Positions 57,696 to 64,000 of a stretch of 64,000 nt of DNA are shown here, piece by piece. A model generated the notes under the pieces. The model saw nothing but the letters and a program-made list of their open reading frames with translations, was not told where the DNA came from and made no database searches. A program made the position numbers and the translations under genes. The stretch lies in IMG/VR virus record IMGVR_UViG_3300042691_055965, positions 124,001-188,000 of that record; one strand, written 5' to 3'. Each line of letters begins with the position of its first letter. Position 1 is the stretch's first letter.

Positions 57696-59345
57696 ATGGC
57701 AGGATATACTGGAAATACTTGTGATATTTTAACCATCTTCCCAATGGGTTTGATTTGTAGTTCAACAAATGCGTATACTCCATTTACAAATGATGGTGCG
57801 ATAACATTGTATATTACAGGAGGTACACCACCGTATACAATAAATTGGAGTAATGGTGCTCATTCACAAAATTTAACAAACTTACAATCAGGAAATTACA
57901 CTGCCACGGTAATTGATTACTATGGGGATTTTACAGCAACAACTACTTGTAATGTTGGATTTGATACTTTTTATTTAGAAAAATTCACAAATTGTTTGGA
58001 TTCAAACAATCAAATTTATTTTTTAGCAAATATTAATAATCAATACCAAGTTGATAAAGTTTATTCTTTAAGTTCACAACTTGGATGTTGGATTAGTGAA
58101 GGTTTACTTTTATATAGTGCTGAAACATATAGTAATTTTACAGCAACAACGGTTTCGGGACCTTTTGATACTTGTCCTGAATGTTTACCAACAGTACCTG
58201 TGATTTTTAATACTTCTGGATTGTGTTTGACACTAACATCTTTTAATGTTGTAACACAAACACAATATTATTCAGGAGGTACAATCAATGGATATCCGTC
58301 ATGGACATCCAACACATCGAATGAAGTTATTTATTTTGATAACACACAATCTAAATGGAAAGTTTCTGGATGGACGGGTGGAGGTATCCCACAACTTCAA
58401 TCAATACAAAGTCCACCAATCGGAGCTTGGACTGTAGTAGGGTTACCACAGTTATTGGCAGGTAATACTGCGGTTGCCGTAACACAAGGGGATTGTCAAG
58501 CAGTAATTGTTGCAAATATCAGTAGTACACCACCAAGTTGTGAAGGTGCAACCGATGGTTATATAAATGTAACATCGGTTATTGGCGGTACACCACCATA
58601 TACATATTCATTAGTGAATGATCAAAATTTTTATCAAATATCAAATATATTCAATGGTTTGTCAGAAGGTGGTTATACAGTATATGTTCAAGACGTTTTT
58701 GGAAATATCACTATAAGTCAAGTTAATTTGAATTCTTTAGTTAGCCCAACATTATATACGTTGAATTTAGTTGTGCAACAAGTAAATCTTGGTAACAACT
58801 CGACAACAAACCAAACTAGAAATTGGACTTACCAAGTTACAGTATCACCAGCACTTCCAATAGGTAAACAGATCAATTTTGATATAACACACGTATCAAC
58901 ATCAATTTATGGAACAACCAACAATGGTTCACCTGTATTATCTTATACCCAATCAACAGGAACTACAGGTGGTGGACAATACTTAACAAGTACAACACCA
59001 ACAACCACTTCTACTTCAGCAACAACTGTTGCATGTACCACATTAAATAATTACACACAACACGTAACAACTACAACCATAAGACAATATAACGCAAGGA
59101 TAACAGGTACATTTGGAACGGATAGTGTTTTTGGTAACGTCACACAAAGTGTAACTGTTATAAATGGTGGAACACCATGTGCAGTATTCGGTAATATTAA
59201 TGATAGTGTTTCAATAACAAATATACAATTGGTAAACCAAGCACCGTGTGAATTGGTGAACACAACCGTTCAACCCGTGTCTTTCGGTGTTTCTAAAACG
59301 GGAACACCTGGAATAGTTGGAAGTAATGTAAATGTGAGTGGATAA
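57696..59345 (+). CDS. SprB-repeat, Thr-rich virion protein
   Basis: DGAITL.ITGGTPPYTINWSNG....NL..G.Y..TV.D and PSC.G..DG.I.V....GGTPPYTYSL. Confidence 0.75.
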   Translation: MAGYTGNTCDILTIFPMGLICSSTNAYTPFTNDGAITLYITGGTPPYTINWSNGAHSQNLTNLQSGNYTATVIDYYGDFTATTTCNVGFDTFYLEKFTNCLDSNNQIYFLANINNQYQVDKVYSLSSQLGCWISEGLLLYSAETYSNFTATTVSGPFDTCPECLPTVPVIFNTSGLCLTLTSFNVVTQTQYYSGGTINGYPSWTSNTSNEVIYFDNTQSKWKVSGWTGGGIPQLQSIQSPPIGAWTVVGLPQLLAGNTAVAVTQGDCQAVIVANISSTPPSCEGATDGYINVTSVIGGTPPYTYSLVNDQNFYQISNIFNGLSEGGYTVYVQDVFGNITISQVNLNSLVSPTLYTLNLVVQQVNLGNNSTTNQTRNWTYQVTVSPALPIGKQINFDITHVSTSIYGTTNNGSPVLSYTQSTGTTGGGQYLTSTTPTTTSTSATTVACTTLNNYTQHVTTTTIRQYNARITGTFGTDSVFGNVTQSVTVINGGTPCAVFGNINDSVSITNIQLVNQAPCELVNTTVQPVSFGVSKTGTPGIVGSNVNVSG

Positions 59346-59359
59346 AATAAGATAAAAAG

Positions 59360-59367
59360 TATTTATA
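59360..59367 (+). promoter_or_regulatory. TATTTATA element
   Basis: Exact motif 4 nt before ATG 59372. Confidence 0.6.
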
Positions 59368-59371
59368 AAAT

Positions 59372-61573
59372 ATGTCATACATAATCAAAACAACAAGTGG
59401 TTTAATAAATACAATTCTAACAGACGCTGCTAGGAAAAAAATATCGCAAGGAAACTTTAAGATTTCTTATTTTCAAGTAGGTGATAGTGAAGTGTGTTAT
59501 GATTGTATTACAGGATTGAAACCAACCAATCTAAATGTTTTGATGCCACAATATAACGCACAAAACACAACACCGGCACCTGAAAGTAATCGTTTACAAG
59601 TAAAGTATCCACTTTACGTAGACTCTACATCAGGAAGTACTTACGGTATACCTTTTGATTCATCATTTGTTGATAACATCTATAATACTGCAGCACCAAG
59701 AGGATTTTTTAGTGGTAATGGTTTGACTTACAGTGCGTACACATCATCGGCATATACAATTACACCTAATTTTATTGTTGATAACACAACTTTAAATTCA
59801 GGGACTACTTTAGTATTGTCTGCTAACACTTTAGATGTTACCGTTTCAGGAACAGTAACTCCTGGTATGATATTAAATTTATTTACAAATAATTCTGTCA
59901 CACCATTAAGTGGAAACGCACCATTATTTACTTATGTTGTTGTTGGAATAACTGGTGATACCTATTCGGCAAACACAGTTACAGTTGAAGTTGATAGACA
60001 ATTACCTGACTTTTTGAATATGGGTTACACAGGAAATTCTATTGCCATTTTCTACCCATCTGGAATGACTGCTCTTTATGATTCCGTGACACCTGCACCT
60101 TATTGGGCTACAAATGTAATTAATTTCGAAACAAATTGTGACGTATCACAAGCTGACGTTAAAATATGGAATATGAACATTCCATGGACTGAATCGCCAG
60201 CTGGTTTATTTGTCAGTCAAAATTTGGATTACAATTCGTTCAAATCTACAGGATATACGGGTTCTAAAGAATATTTTGGTTACAATAGTGATACAGGACA
60301 AGTGGATACTGGAGGTGTTTATTTTGTGAACTCTCTTGGACAAAAAATAACGTTAAATCCATCAGATTCAAAGGCAGTTGCAATATTACACTATACAAAC
60401 CAAGCTATTGATAATTTTTATGGTGAAAAGTTCGCTCAACAAGAATATGATTCATCAAATCCGGGTGGAACAGGACAAGCAAGAAACTTTAAAATAAGTA
60501 TTCCTTGGTTGATGTGGCATAAAAATTCAAATGGCACAATTGGAGAAGAATTTTTTACTGATCCAAGTGGGTTTACTTCAATTGACTTATTTCAAGTTTA
60601 TTATATCAAATCTAAAAAAGATGCGGAATTCAACAACCCTGGTATTAGATATTACTATCTTTGGGATACACATGCTAACATCGATGGATACCCAAACAGA
60701 GTTGGTAAAGTTTTCCCTGACTTGAAAATGGTAATTTTTGATGATGATGAAATTGTTGCAGCAATGTCATATAAATCAAACAGAAGTTGGACATTACCAG
60801 CACCTAAAATAGGTACAATAATTCCAAATGCTTGTGAAGGTGTTCTTGGATTAGATGAGGGTTTATTAAGTGCTAACACACAAACCGCATTCGTTACGTA
60901 TAGATTTAATAATAGTGCTTTTACAAATTCATTACATTGTAATTATTACACTAATATTTCACCACAGTTAGTTGATCCTATTCAAACAACCTACAATATA
61001 TTTTTAAAATTTGGAAACGAATTTCCGTTTTTAGTTTCGGACGTTAGTACTATACCAACTGGATATACCGCAAATGAAATGAAAGTATTGGTACAAAAAG
61101 TGGCATCAGGTACAACAAGACCTAATCCTACACAATGGAAAGAAATTGATGTAATGTCACAACTATCGGCAACTACTAGTAACAATTTTTTAACACTATC
61201 AGGTTTGACAGGAGCAACTATACAAATTACCAAAGATATGTATGATACTGCACCAACATACAACTTGAATAACTATATTGATTTACCAACAGCGGCATTA
61301 AGTGGAATTACTCTTAATTTTGGGGGTGAATACTTTTTCTACGGTTCAATTCAAACGGATATTCAAGCAACAATATATGTGATGAATTATCTATGTAATT
61401 TGGGACAAACACAGTTTTTAAGTTCAACCAATCCGACTTGGGATGGGACACCACCGTACATCACTGAAGTTGCTCTTTACAATGAAAATAAAGAACTTAT
61501 GGTTATTTCAAAGATACAATCCCCTGAAAAAAGACAGGGAATCCAACAGTATCCAGTTAAACTTGATTTTTAA
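59372..61573 (+). CDS. baseplate/fibre-attachment structural protein
   Basis: N-terminal LTDAAR..I..G.F.I.YF..GDSE and C-terminal YITEVALY.....L..ISK...P..R resemble tail-collar/fibre anchor domains. Confidence 0.6.
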   Translation: MSYIIKTTSGLINTILTDAARKKISQGNFKISYFQVGDSEVCYDCITGLKPTNLNVLMPQYNAQNTTPAPESNRLQVKYPLYVDSTSGSTYGIPFDSSFVDNIYNTAAPRGFFSGNGLTYSAYTSSAYTITPNFIVDNTTLNSGTTLVLSANTLDVTVSGTVTPGMILNLFTNNSVTPLSGNAPLFTYVVVGITGDTYSANTVTVEVDRQLPDFLNMGYTGNSIAIFYPSGMTALYDSVTPAPYWATNVINFETNCDVSQADVKIWNMNIPWTESPAGLFVSQNLDYNSFKSTGYTGSKEYFGYNSDTGQVDTGGVYFVNSLGQKITLNPSDSKAVAILHYTNQAIDNFYGEKFAQQEYDSSNPGGTGQARNFKISIPWLMWHKNSNGTIGEEFFTDPSGFTSIDLFQVYYIKSKKDAEFNNPGIRYYYLWDTHANIDGYPNRVGKVFPDLKMVIFDDDEIVAAMSYKSNRSWTLPAPKIGTIIPNACEGVLGLDEGLLSANTQTAFVTYRFNNSAFTNSLHCNYYTNISPQLVDPIQTTYNIFLKFGNEFPFLVSDVSTIPTGYTANEMKVLVQKVASGTTRPNPTQWKEIDVMSQLSATTSNNFLTLSGLTGATIQITKDMYDTAPTYNLNNYIDLPTAALSGITLNFGGEYFFYGSIQTDIQATIYVMNYLCNLGQTQFLSSTNPTWDGTPPYITEVALYNENKELMVISKIQSPEKRQGIQQYPVKLDF

Positions 61574-61578
61574 TCATT

Positions 61579-62184
61579 ATGGCAGAAAAAACCGATTTGA
61601 AGAATTCACCAAAAGTGTTAGGTCTTGATATTTCGACTAAAACTATAGGATGGTCTTTATTTGAAATTCAAACACAAGATTTATTAGAATTAACACACTT
61701 TTCACCTGTAATCAAACCTAAACCTGAAGATAAAATTGAAGAACTTATATTGAAAGTTCATGCCTTTGAGGAAAAATTACAAGGTTATAAAAATCTTGGT
61801 ATTACAAAAGTGATTATAGAAGAACCATTATTAAATTCAAACAATATTTGGACAGTCGGAACATTGTTAAGATACAATTCAATGATTACCAAATCAATTT
61901 ATGATATTTTAGGGATTGTACCTAACTACATTTCTACATACAATTCAAGAAAGTTTGCTTGGCCTGATTTGGTACAAGAAAACGATAAAGGTAAAAGAGT
62001 TTTGTTTGGTGGGTTACCAAAAGATATCGACAAAAAAGAAATTGTTTGGAAAAAAGTATCAGACAAGGAGCCACAAATTACTTGGTTATATACAAAAAAT
62101 AACACACTGAAAAAAGAATGTTTCGACATGGCAGATTCTTATACTTGTGTTTTGGGGTATATGAAACAAGAAAAAATTTGGTAA
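61579..62184 (+). CDS. RuvC-like Holliday junction resolvase
   Basis: VLGLDISTKTIGW, IIEEPL and DMADS acidic catalytic set. Confidence 0.8.
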   Translation: MAEKTDLKNSPKVLGLDISTKTIGWSLFEIQTQDLLELTHFSPVIKPKPEDKIEELILKVHAFEEKLQGYKNLGITKVIIEEPLLNSNNIWTVGTLLRYNSMITKSIYDILGIVPNYISTYNSRKFAWPDLVQENDKGKRVLFGGLPKDIDKKEIVWKKVSDKEPQITWLYTKNNTLKKECFDMADSYTCVLGYMKQEKIW

Positions 62185-62233
62185 TATCATCATAATAAAC
62201 GATAACTAAAAATATCGTATAAATCCCCGATAA

Positions 62234-62263
62234 TTGACATTTCATTCATAATTCTTATTTTTT
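62234..62263 (+). promoter_or_regulatory. possible host-sigma promoter
   Basis: TTGACA-N16-TATTTT, same geometry as 24358-24385. Confidence 0.4.
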
Positions 62264-62267
62264 ATGT

Positions 62268-63206
62268 ATGAAAGAAGATTCACTGTTAATTGATTTAATT
62301 GAAACCATTTTTGGTGAACCAAAAAGTGTGAACGAGTACAGTGGACAAATTTCAGTAGATTGCCCTGTTTGTTCATATGAAATCAAAGGATTAAGTAAAA
62401 CTGATGGTAAGGGTAATCTAGAAATTAACTACCAACAACACGTTTATAAATGTTGGGCATGTGCAGAAACACATGGAACACATGGACATTTAGGAAAATT
62501 AATCGATCAGTTTGGTTCAAAAAAAGATAAAAAAACATACAAGTTAATTCGTCCTGACAAGTTTGAAAAGAAAGAAAAAGTCTACAAGAAATTAGAACTA
62601 CCAAAAGAATACAAAAAGTTTGAAGATATTCATCCCGTTCATATTCCAAGAAAAGAGGCTTTTAATTATTTGAAAAAAAGAGGAATCACACAAGAAATTA
62701 TAGATAAGTATAATATTGGACTTTGTGTTGAAGGTGATTATGCTGGAAGAATAATTGTACCATCATATAATAAAAAAGGTGAATTAAATTTTTTTGTTTC
62801 AAGATCTTGGAACCCAAAATCAAAGTTGAAATATAAAAATCCTGAAGCGGCAAAAGACTTTTTGATTTTCAATGAAAGTCACATAGATTGGAAAAAAGAC
62901 ATTTATCTTGTAGAAGGGGTGTTTGATTCATTTTTCTTAGATAACTCAATTGCGTTGTTAGGTAAATACGTAAATGATAATTTATGGGAAAAACTGTATT
63001 CAAAAGCAAAAAAAAATATAATAGTGTGTCTTGATGGTGATGCGTTTGAAGATGCTAAAAATATATATCAAAAATTAAATGGGGGTACTTTGTACAATAG
63101 AGTAAAACTTGCTAAACTACCGAAAGACAAGGATGTTTGCGATTTGAAAGGTGAAATAAACCAATACATATTGGAAGAAAAAGATGAATTTAAAATTAAT
63201 TGCTGA
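62268..63206 (+). CDS. DNA primase (zinc finger + TOPRIM)
   Basis: CPVC...CWAC zinc finger, YLKKRGI, RIIVP, KYKNP, LVEGVFD, CLDGDA, KD. Confidence 0.9.
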   Translation: MKEDSLLIDLIETIFGEPKSVNEYSGQISVDCPVCSYEIKGLSKTDGKGNLEINYQQHVYKCWACAETHGTHGHLGKLIDQFGSKKDKKTYKLIRPDKFEKKEKVYKKLELPKEYKKFEDIHPVHIPRKEAFNYLKKRGITQEIIDKYNIGLCVEGDYAGRIIVPSYNKKGELNFFVSRSWNPKSKLKYKNPEAAKDFLIFNESHIDWKKDIYLVEGVFDSFFLDNSIALLGKYVNDNLWEKLYSKAKKNIIVCLDGDAFEDAKNIYQKLNGGTLYNRVKLAKLPKDKDVCDLKGEINQYILEEKDEFKINC

Positions 63207-64000
63207 AGAAATAAGAAATATACTATTTGAAAAACAAAAAGAGTTTCAATTAACTTTCGAAGAAGACAAACATAAATATACTATGGTTGATTCGAAAGGG
63301 AAAATACGTGACGATTTTCCGTCTGTGTCAAAAGTAATGAAACTTTTCTATGATGAATTTCCAACAGAGGAGGCGGCATATAATAAAGCGAAAGGTGATC
63401 CATATGAAGCGGAAAGATTAATGGAAGAATGGGCTCTTGCGGGTAAGAATTCAACAAATATGGGAAGTAGGGTTCACTATGAATTAGAAATTGAAACCTT
63501 AAAAAGGTTCAAATTAAATAAAGAAGTTAGACAACCTTTATATGAATGTGATTTGGAACTTTTGATGAAGGGAGATAAAATGATTAAAGCGGGTAAAAAA
63601 TATTTGGATTTGATGGAAGAACGAGGTGCGGTATTACTTGATACTGAAACAGTTTTAGGACACCCTGAATTAGGGTATACAGGACAACCCGACAAAAATT
63701 GGTTGATGTTTAATAAAAACAGAACCGGATTTGGTATAGTAACAACGGATTGGAAAACAAATAAGAAAAAAAACTTTGAAAAAAACGGGTTCACAAAACC
63801 AATGAAAAATCCTTTTGAATACTTACCAAATAATGCACTTGGACACTATAATACTCAATTACCTTTCTATGGAAAATTATTACTTAAAATGTTAGAAGGT
63901 ACAAAATATGAAGGTATTAGTTACTATGGTTGTGTCATTGTACACTTAGATGAAGAAACCAATTTTACTGAACACAGAGTATCAAGGGATGTGATTGATA
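63184..64000 (+). CDS. PD-(D/E)XK exonuclease, runs off window end
   Basis: Manual translation from ATG 63184: F.ED.HKY, PSVSKV, GSRVH, E....H....GQPD, DWKT, HY..QL..Y. Confidence 0.85.
   Translation, partial: MNLKLIAEEIRNILFEKQKEFQLTFEEDKHKYTMVDSKGKIRDDFPSVSKVMKLFYDEFPTEEAAYNKAKGDPYEAERLMEEWALAGKNSTNMGSRVHYELEIETLKRFKLNKEVRQPLYECDLELLMKGDKMIKAGKKYLDLMEERGAVLLDTETVLGHPELGYTGQPDKNWLMFNKNRTGFGIVTTDWKTNKKKNFEKNGFTKPMKNPFEYLPNNALGHYNTQLPFYGKLLLKMLEGTKYEGISYYGCVIVHLDEETNFTEHRVSRDVID

Noticed and set aside
63184-64000. Cas4/CRISPR-associated nuclease
   Set aside because: PD-(D/E)XK motifs present but no Cas4 Fe-S cysteine pattern in the visible part, and no array or cas1/cas2 nearby; context is replication
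1-64000. Stop-codon reassignment as in some jumbo phages
   Set aside because: Genes up to 2145 aa are intact under the standard code, and TAA, TGA and occasionally TAG end genes at sensible positions

Overview
AT-rich, densely coding 64 kb segment of a large (jumbo-type) contractile-tailed dsDNA phage. It reads in the standard genetic code and nearly all genes are on the + strand. Gene order: partial SNF2 helicase (minus); neck/tail terminator, tail sheath, HAD hydrolase, tail tube, gp26/gp51-like chaperones, tape measure and very large baseplate hub proteins; a replication island (gp32-like SSB, RecA, 5'-3' exonuclease, DnaB, class II RNR NrdJ); baseplate wedge genes; a decoration/fibre region with SprB-like repeats, (Pro-Thr)n tracts, a LamG lectin and two glycosyltransferases; RuvC-like resolvase, primase and a partial PD-(D/E)XK nuclease. 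The absence of Shine-Dalgarno motifs and the SprB, delta-60 and DUF5522-like domains suggest a Bacteroidota host (inference). Best candidate for a new system: phage-encoded mucin-type protein O-glycosylation. A GT60-like initiating transferase and a second GT-A enzyme sit between virion proteins with mucin-like (PT)n tracts, and a [ST][GA]xT motif is enriched across virion proteins. Other highlights are a strand-oriented TATTTAT(A) upstream element (reverse complement of the T4 late promoter), a candidate +1/-2 frameshift in the tail chaperone, and a duplicated three-gene fibre cassette. All product calls come from recognising motifs by eye; no database search was run. No tRNA, rRNA, CRISPR array, intron or intein was recognised.
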